From: Anaerolineae bacterium
GTDB lineage: Bacteria > Chloroflexota > Anaerolineae > S140-20
DNA length: 64,000 nucleotides
Direction of reading: 5' to 3'
Assembly: GCA_027021705.1 (NCBI GenBank)
Contig: JALUTT010000056.1
Coordinates: 32,001 to 96,000 of the forward strand
Shown here one piece after another: positions 47,938-57,567 of the stretch. The position numbers were made by a program, and so were the translations under genes. Each line of letters begins with the position of its first letter. Within the stretch, counting starts at the first letter, position 1. Under the pieces are notes generated by a model. It did no database searches, had not been told where the DNA came from, and worked only from the letters and a program-made list of their open reading frames with translations.

Positions 47938-49062
47938 ATGGAACTGGACGTAGGAATGTGGCACGCTGGTGGACCGGCCTGGCCGGTGGGAGAGCCGCTC
48001 ATTCTGCTCCAATTGCGCGAGACAGTGGCCGACCTGATGACCATCGAGCGAGTCGAAGTGTTGCACCCCCCGGCCCAGGTCGTCCGCTTCCGGGGTCGCT
48101 TGATGGGAGACCCGGAGAGGATCTTTCAGCGCTTACTCCAGCGTTTCGAGGCGTTAGGATACACGCCGACGCTGGCCCGCGAGGGGACCCAGGACCTGAT
48201 CACGGCCCACCAAGGGGTGGTCCGTCCCCGCCCCGCCAGGACCTGGATCAACGCCCTTCTCTTCGTGGCGACCATCCTGACCACCCTCTACGCCGGCGCC
48301 GCCCAGCAGGGCGTTGACCTGCTGCGGGAGCCAGGCCAGTGGACAACGGGCCTCCCCTTTGCCCTCACCCTGCTGGTCATCCTGGGCACCCACGAGTTCG
48401 GCCACTACTTTGCGGCCCGCTACCACCGAGCCGCCGTCACCCTGCCCTACTTCATCCCAATGCCCTTCAACTTCCTGGGGACGATGGGAGCCTTCATCCA
48501 GCTCCGCTCGCCCATTAAGGACCGCAAGTCTCTCTTCGACATTGGCGTGGCCGGGCCACTGGCCGGTCTGGCCGTCGCCATCCCGCTGCTCCTCTACGGC
48601 CTGAGCATCTCCCCCGTGGGTCCCATTGGGCCGGGCCTGCTGGAGGGCAATTCCCTGCTCTACCTGGCCCTGAAGTACCTGGTCCACGGGCGAATCCTGC
48701 CCGGCAACGGCCTGGACGTCTGGCTCGATCCCATCGCCTTCGCCGCCTGGTTTGGGCTGTTGGTCACCTGCTTCAACCTGCTCCCCATCGGCCAACTCGA
48801 CGGCGGTCACATCGCCTACGCCCTCTGGGGACGCCGAGCCTGGACCATCGCCTCCCTCTCCATCATCATGCTCTTCGCCCTCTCCTTCTTGTGGATGGGC
48901 TGGCTGACCTGGGCGCTCCTGGTCTTCTTCCTAGGGCTGCGCCATCCGCCCCCGCTGAACGACCTAACCCCCTTAGATGGGAAGCGGCGGGCCGTGGGCA
49001 TCGCCACGGTGATCCTCTTCTTCCTGGTCTTCACCCCGGTGCCTCTCCAGGCCATCCCGTGA
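47938..49062 (+). CDS. Site-2 protease (peptidase M50); start uncertain, ORF open from 47764
   Basis: HEFGH, GTMGAFI, IGVAGPLAG, NLLPIGQLDGGH; AAGGAG before ATG 47938. Confidence 0.9.
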   Translation: MELDVGMWHAGGPAWPVGEPLILLQLRETVADLMTIERVEVLHPPAQVVRFRGRLMGDPERIFQRLLQRFEALGYTPTLAREGTQDLITAHQGVVRPRPARTWINALLFVATILTTLYAGAAQQGVDLLREPGQWTTGLPFALTLLVILGTHEFGHYFAARYHRAAVTLPYFIPMPFNFLGTMGAFIQLRSPIKDRKSLFDIGVAGPLAGLAVAIPLLLYGLSISPVGPIGPGLLEGNSLLYLALKYLVHGRILPGNGLDVWLDPIAFAAWFGLLVTCFNLLPIGQLDGGHIAYALWGRRAWTIASLSIIMLFALSFLWMGWLTWALLVFFLGLRHPPPLNDLTPLDGKRRAVGIATVILFFLVFTPVPLQAIP

Positions 49063-49064
49063 GC

Positions 49065-51491
49065 ATGCCAATGGGACGAGTTGTGCGCTTCACCCGGCTG
49101 TGGGCTCCTCTGCTGTTCGCTTTGCTCTCCCTGAGCCTGGTCCACCGGCTCCTAGATGGCACATCCTCGGCGATGGAGGAGGCCAAACCGGTCCTCTCCG
49201 CTTCCCCATCACTGCAGGGAGGAAAGGTCCAGCCGGCGTCCGTCAAGACCCTCGGCTCCGGTCAGGCCCTCTTCCCGCCCTACGGCAACGACCGGGACCG
49301 CTTTGGCTTCGATGCTGGCGCCAACCTGAGCCGCTTCGATGTGAGCCTGCTCAAGGCCGGCTGGTACAGCAATTGGTGGTACAACCTCGATCCACGCCAT
49401 CCTGACCGTCTCACCTACGTCCAGATGATCCGTCTCCGCGCCGGTGCGGATCCCTATGACCCGACCCAGGTCGCCATCACGCCGGACCTGGCGACCATTG
49501 CCCAGATCGCTCAAACCCACCCCGGCTCCCTCTGGCTGTTGGGCAACGAGCCCGATTCCCTCTACCAGGGCGAGCCCATCTACCCCGAGGTCTACGCCGT
49601 CGTCTACCACAATCTCTACTACTACATCAAGGGGGCAGACCCCACCGCCATCATCGCCAATGGAGGCATCGTTCAGCCGACCCCCTGCCGGATGGAGTAC
49701 CTGGACATCGTCTGGGAGACCTACCAGCAGACCTACGAGGAGCCGATGCCTGTGGATGTCTGGAACATCCACGCCTTCATCCTGCGGGAGGTCTACGGAA
49801 GCTGGGGGGCGAGCACTCCGCCCGGTGTGGACCCCAGTTGTGGCATAGACTACAAGATCCGGGAAGGAGATGACATCAACATCTTCCGTGCCAACCTCAT
49901 CGCCTTCCGCCAGTGGATGAAGGACAAAGGCCAGCAGAACAAGCCCCTCATCATCAGCGAGTACGGCATCCTTTGGCCCGACTGGCTGAAGGACGAGGAT
50001 GGGCGGGGATGGCCCCCGGAGCGGGTCAGCCGCTTTATGACCCGGACCTTCGACCTCTTCCTGAACGAGACCTACCCCGACGTAGGCTATCCGGCGGACG
50101 GCTACCGGTTGGTGCAGGCCTGGGCCTGGTATAGCCTCTCCGACGACCAGCAGTACAACGGCTATCTCTTCCGCAGCGACAGCTATGAGATCTCGCCGAT
50201 GGGGCAGACCTACGCCACCTACACCGCCGCTCTGTCCGACACCCCTCAGGCCGACCTGACGGTGCGGCTCTCGGTGCTGCGGGAGGGAGCGCTACGCCAC
50301 TGGGCAGCCCAGCAGCCCTCAAACACGCTGACGGTAACGCTGGAGCTGACGGGAGAAGTGGCGAACTTGGGGAAGCTGACCGCCACCAACATGAGCCTCT
50401 ACTTCGCGCCCGTCCGTTACGAGGCAACGGGAACGGTGGCGCTACCTTTCTCCACCACGCCGGTCACCGTGCCGCCCCGCTACGACGGCGTACTGGCCTG
50501 GCCCCTCTCCCTCACCTTGCAACCCCGCTACCGCTACGACCTGACCTTCCAGGCCGACCCCACCGATCAGGTAGAGGAACCACGCGAGTGGAACAACGCC
50601 GTCACCGTCACGCTGGACCTCCGGGCGGACCTGTGGCTGCGCCAGATGAGCTATGCACTGAGGGATCCCATTGGCGGACCGGGCGCTCTGACGGCCACAC
50701 TGGTGCTGACCAATGGGGGGGATTGGTGGGCAGAGCCAACCCACCTGGGCCTCGTCCTACGGGGCGAGACGGGCACGCTGCTGACCGGCCAACTAGTCTC
50801 CCAGCCCTGGTTGGCCCCCGCTCAGGGCGTAACGCTGACGGGGGTCATCAGCCGGCCGGCTCCCGGCGGTGACTTCTACCTCCTCTCCGCCGAGGTAGAT
50901 ACCTCCGATACCATCCCTGAGCAAGATGAAGGGAACAACCTCATCACGATCCCCATCCCCGTCGTCCTGACGACCACCCTCTTCCCCACCCAGACGGTCG
51001 TCCTCACGTCGGCGAGCGGCGATCTGGCCTTCGTCCTCCCGGCGGGCCTGGTGTCGCAAACATCCGTCGTGACCTACACCCCCTACTGGCTGAGCGACCT
51101 GGAGGCCACACCCTTCCACGCCGCCACAGCCTTCTCGCTGACGCTGGACAGGCCCTTGATGCCGGGGCAGGTCATCTCGTTGACCTGGCGCTACCGCGAC
51201 GAGGACCTGGCAGGCTACCCCGAGGAGCGGTTGACCCTGTACAGGCGGGCAGGAGGAACCTGGCAGCAGGCCGCCTGTGCCCCCTACCAGCGCCAGCCGG
51301 GGGTCAATCGCCTGACCGTGGGACTCTGTCAGACCGGCTTCTTCGCGCTGGGACCCGGTTACACCATCCTTGTGCCCATCGTGGCCCGAGAAGGGGTGGG
51401 GAGCACAGCGTCAGGAGCACTCCTTGGGGAGTCCGTGGGGAGAGCAGAGCGAGGGCAGCGCATCGGCCCCCTGCTGTTGCCCGATCGGTGA
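49065..51491 (+). CDS. Secreted GH-A-like protein with CARDB domains, paralogue of 11752..13416
   Basis: WLLGNEPD, LIISEYG, YLDIVWETY, GYPADGYRLVQ; two CARDB-like E..E.NN motifs; YTILVPIVAR near the C-terminus. Confidence 0.72.
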   Translation: MPMGRVVRFTRLWAPLLFALLSLSLVHRLLDGTSSAMEEAKPVLSASPSLQGGKVQPASVKTLGSGQALFPPYGNDRDRFGFDAGANLSRFDVSLLKAGWYSNWWYNLDPRHPDRLTYVQMIRLRAGADPYDPTQVAITPDLATIAQIAQTHPGSLWLLGNEPDSLYQGEPIYPEVYAVVYHNLYYYIKGADPTAIIANGGIVQPTPCRMEYLDIVWETYQQTYEEPMPVDVWNIHAFILREVYGSWGASTPPGVDPSCGIDYKIREGDDINIFRANLIAFRQWMKDKGQQNKPLIISEYGILWPDWLKDEDGRGWPPERVSRFMTRTFDLFLNETYPDVGYPADGYRLVQAWAWYSLSDDQQYNGYLFRSDSYEISPMGQTYATYTAALSDTPQADLTVRLSVLREGALRHWAAQQPSNTLTVTLELTGEVANLGKLTATNMSLYFAPVRYEATGTVALPFSTTPVTVPPRYDGVLAWPLSLTLQPRYRYDLTFQADPTDQVEEPREWNNAVTVTLDLRADLWLRQMSYALRDPIGGPGALTATLVLTNGGDWWAEPTHLGLVLRGETGTLLTGQLVSQPWLAPAQGVTLTGVISRPAPGGDFYLLSAEVDTSDTIPEQDEGNNLITIPIPVVLTTTLFPTQTVVLTSASGDLAFVLPAGLVSQTSVVTYTPYWLSDLEATPFHAATAFSLTLDRPLMPGQVISLTWRYRDEDLAGYPEERLTLYRRAGGTWQQAACAPYQRQPGVNRLTVGLCQTGFFALGPGYTILVPIVAREGVGSTASGALLGESVGRAERGQRIGPLLLPDR

Positions 51492-51520
51492 GTCGGTGAG
51501 GAGGCATCAGGAGGAAAAGG

Positions 51521-51985
51521 ATGAGCACGATTCAAGGGGTCGAGTTCAAAGAACTGGTCACCCACACCGATGAGCGCGGCTTTTTCCGCGAGGTCCTCCG
51601 GGCTTCGGATCCCATCCTGCGCGAGGGGTTCGCCCAGTGGAGCCACACGATGTCTTATACCGGCGTGGCCAAGGCATGGCACATCCACCGGAAGCAGACC
51701 GATTGGTGGTACGTGCCGGTGGGAACGATCAAAGTGGCCCTCTACGATGCCCGGCCCGACTCTCCGACGCGGGGACAGTTGATGGAGTTCCTAATGGGGG
51801 AGCGCCACGGGGCAAAAGTTCTGAAGATCCCACCCGGCGTCGCCCACGGTTACCGGGTGCTGGAGGGGCCGGCTCACGTCTTCTACTTCGTCTCCCACGA
51901 GTACGACGGGACCGACGAAGGGCGTATCCCTCACGACGACCCGGAGATCGGTTACGACTGGACTGCCGGCCCTCCGATCCGCTGA
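51521..51985 (+). CDS. rfbC: dTDP-4-dehydrorhamnose 3,5-epimerase family (RmlC cupin)
   Basis: DERGFFRE, KAWHIH, DARPDSPT, IPPGVAHGY; AGGAGG RBS. Confidence 0.85.
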   Translation: MSTIQGVEFKELVTHTDERGFFREVLRASDPILREGFAQWSHTMSYTGVAKAWHIHRKQTDWWYVPVGTIKVALYDARPDSPTRGQLMEFLMGERHGAKVLKIPPGVAHGYRVLEGPAHVFYFVSHEYDGTDEGRIPHDDPEIGYDWTAGPPIR

Positions 51986-52036
51986 GGCGATCCGCAGGTC
52001 TTCCAAAAGGTGGCTTCGGGGGAGATGAGGCTGCTC

Positions 52037-52288
52037 TCAATGCCTCGTCGCCCGGCTGGACCGGAGCTGGACCTGATACCGGTCCAGCAGGGTCCCTAGG
52101 AGGCGACGGACCTGGCGCTCATCCAGGTGGGTCTGGAAGATGAACTGCCAGTAGGGGGGCGACCAGCGCGTGTATCCGCACAGTCCGTACTCCTGGAGCA
52201 CCGCCTGAACGGCGATACAGCCGTTCTGGTCACCAACTCCCTTGACTTCGTAAGCATGGGTAGCCTCAATCCAGGAAATGCTGTTCAT
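52037..52288 (-). CDS. Small hypothetical protein
   Basis: 83 aa; GGGAG RBS; own promoter upstream. Confidence 0.6.
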   Translation of the reverse strand: MNSISWIEATHAYEVKGVGDQNGCIAVQAVLQEYGLCGYTRWSPPYWQFIFQTHLDERQVRRLLGTLLDRYQVQLRSSRATRH

Positions 52289-52419
52289 GTTCACTCCCGG
52301 CATTGCAAGAGAACCCGCTGCGTACCCTGGCAGACAACCCCCACAGCCGGCAAGGCTATCGGCCTGCCTCCGGAGGAGATAGAGCGGGGCTCTGAAGAGA
52401 TCCCGCGCCTTTACAGGAT

Positions 52420-52448
52420 ATGATAGCGCAAACCATCCACTACGTCAA
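52420..52448 (-). promoter_or_regulatory. sigma70-type promoter
   Basis: TTGACG-17 nt-TATCAT. Confidence 0.65.
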
Positions 52449-52461
52449 GGGCGGTGCACGC

Positions 52462-52614
52462 GGTGATTACCCACAAGTGAGCGAGAGCGTGGTCCGTAGC
52501 AGGCCGTCCACGAATTTCTCACCAATGCACGAATGAGGCGGTCCTTAATTCGTGTATTCGTGCCCCCTTCGTGGACGGCCAGCCTCCCTATCTCCAAAGA
52601 TATGGGTAATCACC
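52462..52614 (+). mobile_element. 153-bp MITE with GGTGATTACCCA TIRs and ~12-bp flanking direct repeats
   Basis: ggtgattaccca...tgggtaatcacc; flanks ggcggtgcacgc / gccggtgcacgc; internal gccgtccacgaa/ttcgtggacggc stem. Confidence 0.9.
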
Positions 52615-52652
52615 GCCGGTGCACGCCGTTTTTTGCTTCGTCTGTTCGCGGA

Positions 52653-55600
52653 CTATTGGGCCTCGATCCGCACCGGCAGGGGGAGGGCGTCGGCGCCGTC
52701 GGGGGCGACCAGCCGTTGGCCGCTCTCCGGGTCGTAGAGCCCCGCGCTCAGCGTGTAAACGCCCGCCGGCAATGCCCCCGGCAGTTTCAGCACCCGCTCG
52801 TCCACCACCACCTCCCCCGGCAACCACCCCGTCGTCGGGCGCCTCCACCCCGCCGGCACCCCATCCGACTGGGCCACCATCTCCCCCCCAGGCCCCCGCA
52901 GGTGCAGGAAGACGTGATAGCTCCGCTCCATCTCCGCCTCCGCCCGCCAGACCAGCGTCACCGTCAGCACCCCGCCGGGCTCCAACGCCACCACCGGCCC
53001 CTCCATCGGCGTCAAGTTCGCCCCCAGCAGCGTCGCCCGCCCTCCCAGCGTCACCCCCACAGGCAGGGCCGGCGGCGGGGCCTCCCACACCCGCGCCGGC
53101 GCGTGCAGGGTCAGCTTCCCCCAGGAGAGGGCGGCCCCGTCGGGAAGGACGAGCCGCCAGGTGTAGGCGCCGTCGGCGAGGCCGGCGGGGAGGCGGAGCA
53201 GGCGCTGGGCGCGCCAGAGACCGGCGGGGAGAACGGGCAGGGTGATGGGCCAGGAGGCGGCGACCTCCCCCGCGTCGTCCACCAACCGGAGGGGCACCGC
53301 CTGCTGCGCTCCTGCCTGCGCCCCCTCGGGCGGAGACCAGAAGAGGGTGACGAGGGCGGGGTCGCCGGGGGCGGCCTCGGCGCGGTCCACGGCGGCTCCC
53401 CAGAAGCAGGGGCGGTCGGGGGGTGGCGGGGTGCACGCCTCCAGCCGGTAGGGCATCGCCACCGCTGTCGGGTCCCAGGGCCGGCGGGGGGGCGTCACCC
53501 GCACCCGGCCCAGCTCCACCCAGGGGCCCAGGCTTCGACCGGATGGGTCGTAGATGGTGAGGGGCGTCAGCGTCTCCCGCTCGAAGAGGCTCAGCCGCAG
53601 CGTGTAATCCCCCGGCGGTGTCCCCGGCAGAGGGTCCACCAGGAAGGCGGTAAGGGCGTAGCCCTCGGCGGGCCACTCGTAGGTGGGCGGGGGGTTGCGA
53701 TACCAGCGGGAGTCCCGCAGGCCCGCCGCCGACCAGCGCAGGCCGGCCTCGTCCACCAGCGTCAGCCCCACCCGGTAGTCGCCCCTCCCCACGACCAGGG
53801 GACGCCAGTAGAGGACGACCTCCAGGGGGCCGTCGGCGGGTAGGGCCTCCGGGAGCCGCCGGTGGCCCAGCAGGGCCAGCCGCGCCTGGGCCGGATCGGG
53901 GCTGCCGAAGGTGAGCGGGAGAGGGCGATCCAAGCCCGCCAGCCCCCCCGTCGGCCCCAGCCGTGAGCGGCGCAACGGTGTGGCTCCTTGGTCCACCAGC
54001 AGGAGCTTCAGGGCGAGGAGCAGCAGGCCGAGGAGGACGTAGGGCCACAGGGCCACGGTCTCTCGGTCGAGAGGATGGGATCTCGGGCGGGCAGTCCCCA
54101 GGGCAGCGAGCAGCAGGATCAGGCTGAGCAGCGAGAGCCCGTCGGCCAGGAGCCGCAGAGGGGTCTCCTCGAAGCGGAGGACGACGGTGTGGCGACCGGC
54201 CGGCAGGTCGAGAGCGATCAGCCCTTCGGGGTCCGTGGGAACGATGGGCACCGGCTCGCCGTCCAGCCAGGCCCGCCAGCCGGGGAAGTAGAAGGCCCGG
54301 AGACGGGCCTGGAAGGCCACCGGCGTCTCCACCTCGACCCGAAGGTCGAGGGGGCCGTAGTCGGCCTGGAGGAGCCGACCGCCCTCGGGCAGATCGGCGA
54401 GGGGGAACCGCGCCTCCCAGGGCGGTCGGTCCCCCTCGTCCTGAGGCATCCGCCGGACCCAGATGGGCAGCAGTTCCCCTTTGGCCGTGGTGCCCAGGGT
54501 GTGGGTAGTCCGCTCCCAGGCGACCATTCCCTGGAGAGTCGTGTCGGCCGGCGGCGGGCAGCGGCGGGGGTAGAACCAGCCCCAGTGGCCCATCCCCAGC
54601 AGGAGGAGGAAGACCGGAGGGAGCAACAGAGGAACCCAGCGGGCGAGAGCGGTCCGGCTCCCGACGGCGGCATCGGACCGGTGGGTGCGCGGAACCGATC
54701 TGCCCTCCACGGGAGCCCCGGTCAGGAGAGCAGCGATCAGGGTGGCCGGGGCCAGGAAGCGCCACGGGAACTGGAAGGCGGCCAGGGGAGGCAGGGCGTC
54801 CCACAGGGGCCGGGAGAGGGGCAAGGCCAGCAGGAGGTAGCCGGCCAGGGCCAGGAGGAGCAGTCCCGTGAGGATGCGTCGTTCGCGGTCCCGTCGGAGG
54901 CCGACCAGCCCTCCCCCCAGGGCCAGGACCAGGAGGAGCCCTCCCAGCCCCCGGGGGGGCCAGTCGTTGATGAGGGTGGGATCGGCATTGCGGGGCAGGG
55001 CCAACATCTGGTCCAAGGGGAGGAAGTTGTAGGCGTACTGGAAGGGCCAGGCGCTCTGGGCCCGCTGAAACTGGATGGTGCCTCGTTCCAAGAGAGCCGG
55101 CAGCCAGAAGAGGGCACTTCCCCCCAGCCCCAGGGCCAGGGCCAGCCCTCCTCGCCCTAGGGAACCCAAGAGCGGCCCGTGGCTGTGGGTCCCTGCGGGG
55201 CGGGGAGGCCGGGGTGCCCGGTCGGACTCTCCCAGGGCGACGGCCAGCATCCATCCTAGGAAGAGGGGGAGGAAAGCGTAGGCCGAGACATCGTGGGTCA
55301 ACATCAAGGCGACCAGCCCCAGGACGGCGGCGGCCAGCCCTCGGCGCTCCCTCCATCGCTGCCAACGACGAAGCCCCCACAGGACGAGAGGGGGAAAGCT
55401 CCAGGCCAACGTCTCCGAGAGGCTGGCCCGGTAGAAGGCGACGTAAGCGTGGAAGGGGGCGTAGAGGAAGGCGATGGCCGCAGCCCAACCGCCGGACTCT
55501 CCCCACAGGTCCCGGGCCAGCAGCCAGAGGGTCAAGCCGGAGAGGAGCAGTCCCAGCCCATAGGTGGCGTTGAGGGCCAGAGACCACGGGAGCCCCACCA

Positions 55601-55853
55601 GGTTCAAGCCGGCCGCCAGGAGGGCGGAGAGGGGGGCCTGAAACAGGAAGAGGGGATAGCCATAACCGTGGGCCATATGGGGAGCCCAACGAGAGAAGAG
55701 GACCCCCTGGCGCAGCAGCGCCCCCACCTCTACGGCGCGCCAGAGATGGAAGACGTTGTCATAGCCACAGGTGAGGTCCTGACTCAGAAGGGGCTGGAGG
55801 GCCGGCAGGGCCAACAGCAGCAGCAGCAATGGGATGGCGAAGGCTCTTCGCAT
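52653..55853 (-). CDS. PTPS-related/YfhO-like GT-C membrane protein with two C-terminal Ig-like domains
   Basis: D...HLWR...RWAP...GYGYPLF, FWLPALLE, FQFPWRFL, FYFPGWRA; C-terminal VFLHL...QSD..P...PTTGW.PGE. Confidence 0.8.
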   Translation of the reverse strand: MRRAFAIPLLLLLLALPALQPLLSQDLTCGYDNVFHLWRAVEVGALLRQGVLFSRWAPHMAHGYGYPLFLFQAPLSALLAAGLNLVGLPWSLALNATYGLGLLLSGLTLWLLARDLWGESGGWAAAIAFLYAPFHAYVAFYRASLSETLAWSFPPLVLWGLRRWQRWRERRGLAAAVLGLVALMLTHDVSAYAFLPLFLGWMLAVALGESDRAPRPPRPAGTHSHGPLLGSLGRGGLALALGLGGSALFWLPALLERGTIQFQRAQSAWPFQYAYNFLPLDQMLALPRNADPTLINDWPPRGLGGLLLVLALGGGLVGLRRDRERRILTGLLLLALAGYLLLALPLSRPLWDALPPLAAFQFPWRFLAPATLIAALLTGAPVEGRSVPRTHRSDAAVGSRTALARWVPLLLPPVFLLLLGMGHWGWFYPRRCPPPADTTLQGMVAWERTTHTLGTTAKGELLPIWVRRMPQDEGDRPPWEARFPLADLPEGGRLLQADYGPLDLRVEVETPVAFQARLRAFYFPGWRAWLDGEPVPIVPTDPEGLIALDLPAGRHTVVLRFEETPLRLLADGLSLLSLILLLAALGTARPRSHPLDRETVALWPYVLLGLLLLALKLLLVDQGATPLRRSRLGPTGGLAGLDRPLPLTFGSPDPAQARLALLGHRRLPEALPADGPLEVVLYWRPLVVGRGDYRVGLTLVDEAGLRWSAAGLRDSRWYRNPPPTYEWPAEGYALTAFLVDPLPGTPPGDYTLRLSLFERETLTPLTIYDPSGRSLGPWVELGRVRVTPPRRPWDPTAVAMPYRLEACTPPPPDRPCFWGAAVDRAEAAPGDPALVTLFWSPPEGAQAGAQQAVPLRLVDDAGEVAASWPITLPVLPAGLWRAQRLLRLPAGLADGAYTWRLVLPDGAALSWGKLTLHAPARVWEAPPPALPVGVTLGGRATLLGANLTPMEGPVVALEPGGVLTVTLVWRAEAEMERSYHVFLHLRGPGGEMVAQSDGVPAGWRRPTTGWLPGEVVVDERVLKLPGALPAGVYTLSAGLYDPESGQRLVAPDGADALPLPVRIEAQ

Positions 55854-55896
55854 CCGTGGGTCTCGCATTCCTTGGGAGCGCAGGCAAGTAGTCCCA

Positions 55897-55973
55897 ATGA
55901 TACCACACCGGCTGGCAAAGGACAACAGGCGGGAGAGGGGGGAAATTGACAGGGCAGGCAACAACGGTATAAT
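55897..55973. promoter_or_regulatory. Back-to-back divergent sigma70 promoters
   Basis: Minus: TTGTCC(55925-20)-17 nt-TATCAT(55902-897). Plus: TTGACA(55946)-16 nt-TATAAT(55968). Confidence 0.65.
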
Positions 55974-55996
55974 TCGGGGGACTCTTGGAGCAGACG

Positions 55997-56839
55997 ATGA
56001 CCCCTCTCAAAGCCTTGGCCGAGCCGACGGGAGTGGATCTCCTCAAGCCTCAGCGGGTCTGGGGGCCCTGGCGGCTGGTGACCCTCATCCTGCTCCTGGT
56101 GGGGCTGCTTCCGGCCTGCCGCCGGACCGACGGCGATGGACCGCAGCGCCCCGTCACGCTGACCGTCTCGGCGGCGTCCGACCTCACCCTCGCCTTCCGG
56201 GAGATCGGCCGGGAGTTCGAGGAGGAAACAGGCATCCGGGTGCGCTTCAACTTCGGTTCCAGCGGCCAACTGGCCCAGCAGATCGAGCAGGGTGCGCCCG
56301 TGGACCTCTTCGCCTCGGCCAACGTGGCCTACATCGAAGAGCTGGAGGAGCGGGGGTTGATCCTCCCCGACACGAAGCAGGTCTACGCCCGAGGCCGGAT
56401 CATCCTCTGGACCCGGGCCGACAGCCCGCTGCAGATCGAAGGGATCGAGGAGCTGGCCCGCCCCCAGGTGGAGCGGATCGCCATCGCCAACCCAGACCAC
56501 GCCCCCTACGGCGTCGCCGCCCGACAGGCCCTCCAGACAGCCGGCCTCTGGGAGGCGATCCAGCCCAAGCTGGTGCTGGGTGAGAACGTGCGCCAGACCC
56601 TTCAGTACGCCGAGACGGGCAACGTGGATGTGGCCATCGTCGCCCTCTCACTGGGTGTGGGGGGAGAAGGGCGCTGGGTGCTGATCCCTGAGGCACTCCA
56701 CCGGCCCATAGACCAAGCGATGGCCGTCGTCCGGGGCACGCCCCACGAAGAGGAGGCCCGTCGGTTCGCCGCCTTCGTCAGCGGTCCCCAGGGACGGCCG
56801 ATCTTGCGCCGGTACGGCTTTACCCTGCCCGGCGAGTGA
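55997..56839 (+). CDS. modA: Molybdate ABC transporter substrate-binding lipoprotein
   Basis: LPAC lipobox, VSAASDL, FGSSGQL, IANPDHAPYG, GENVRQ. Confidence 0.93.
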   Translation: MTPLKALAEPTGVDLLKPQRVWGPWRLVTLILLLVGLLPACRRTDGDGPQRPVTLTVSAASDLTLAFREIGREFEEETGIRVRFNFGSSGQLAQQIEQGAPVDLFASANVAYIEELEERGLILPDTKQVYARGRIILWTRADSPLQIEGIEELARPQVERIAIANPDHAPYGVAARQALQTAGLWEAIQPKLVLGENVRQTLQYAETGNVDVAIVALSLGVGGEGRWVLIPEALHRPIDQAMAVVRGTPHEEEARRFAAFVSGPQGRPILRRYGFTLPGE

Positions 56840-56906
56840 GTGTCCATCCTGGCCCTCTCGCCGATCGGAGCGCTGTAGCGGCCTTTCTTCAGAGGGAGCA
56901 ACGGTT

Positions 56907-57548
56907 ATGGACTGGCAGCCCCTTCTCCTGTCGCTCCGGGTGACGGCGGTCGCCGTCGTCCTCATCTTCGGGGTGGGATTGGCTCTGGCCGTCCTCCTGG
57001 CCCGGAGCCGTTTTCCCGGCCAGACCCTGCTGGAGACGGTGATCAACCTGCCCCTGGTGTTGCCCCCCAGCGTGGTGGGCTACTACCTGCTGCTGGCCTT
57101 GGGGCGGGGGAGTCCGCTGGCCGAGGGGTTGGGGGTGCGCCTGCTCTTCACCTGGCCGGCCGCTGCCCTCGCCTCGGCCAGCGTCGGGCTGCCGCTGATG
57201 GTCCAGGCCGCCCGGGCGGCCATCGCCAGCGTGGACCCGGCCCTGGAGAACGCCGCCCGCACCCTGGGCTCCTCGGAGCCGGAGGTCTTCTGGCGGGTCA
57301 CCTTCCCTCTGGCCCGGCGGGGGATCTTGGCCGGCCTGGTGCTGAGCGCCGCTCGCGCCCTGGGGGAGTTTGGGGCTACCCTGATGGTGGCCGGCAACAT
57401 CCCCGGACGCACCCAGACGCTCCCTCTGGCCATCTACGATGCGGTCCAGAACCGCCAGTACGCTATGGCCAACCAGATGGTCCTGCTGATGACGGTCCTC
57501 GCCTTCCTCAGCCTGATTCTGGTGCGCCGGCTGGAGCAGACCGGCTGA
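56907..57548 (+). CDS. modB: Molybdate ABC transporter permease
   Basis: LPLVLPPSVVGYYLL, ARALGEFGAT...GNIPGRTQT. Confidence 0.95.
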   Translation: MDWQPLLLSLRVTAVAVVLIFGVGLALAVLLARSRFPGQTLLETVINLPLVLPPSVVGYYLLLALGRGSPLAEGLGVRLLFTWPAAALASASVGLPLMVQAARAAIASVDPALENAARTLGSSEPEVFWRVTFPLARRGILAGLVLSAARALGEFGATLMVAGNIPGRTQTLPLAIYDAVQNRQYAMANQMVLLMTVLAFLSLILVRRLEQTG

Positions 57549-57567
57549 GGCAGGAGTTCTGACAACG

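Noticed and set aside
52588..55689. 1033-aa alternative-frame ORF
   Set aside because: Arg/Pro/Gly-rich off-frame read of the GT-C gene in very GC-rich DNA.
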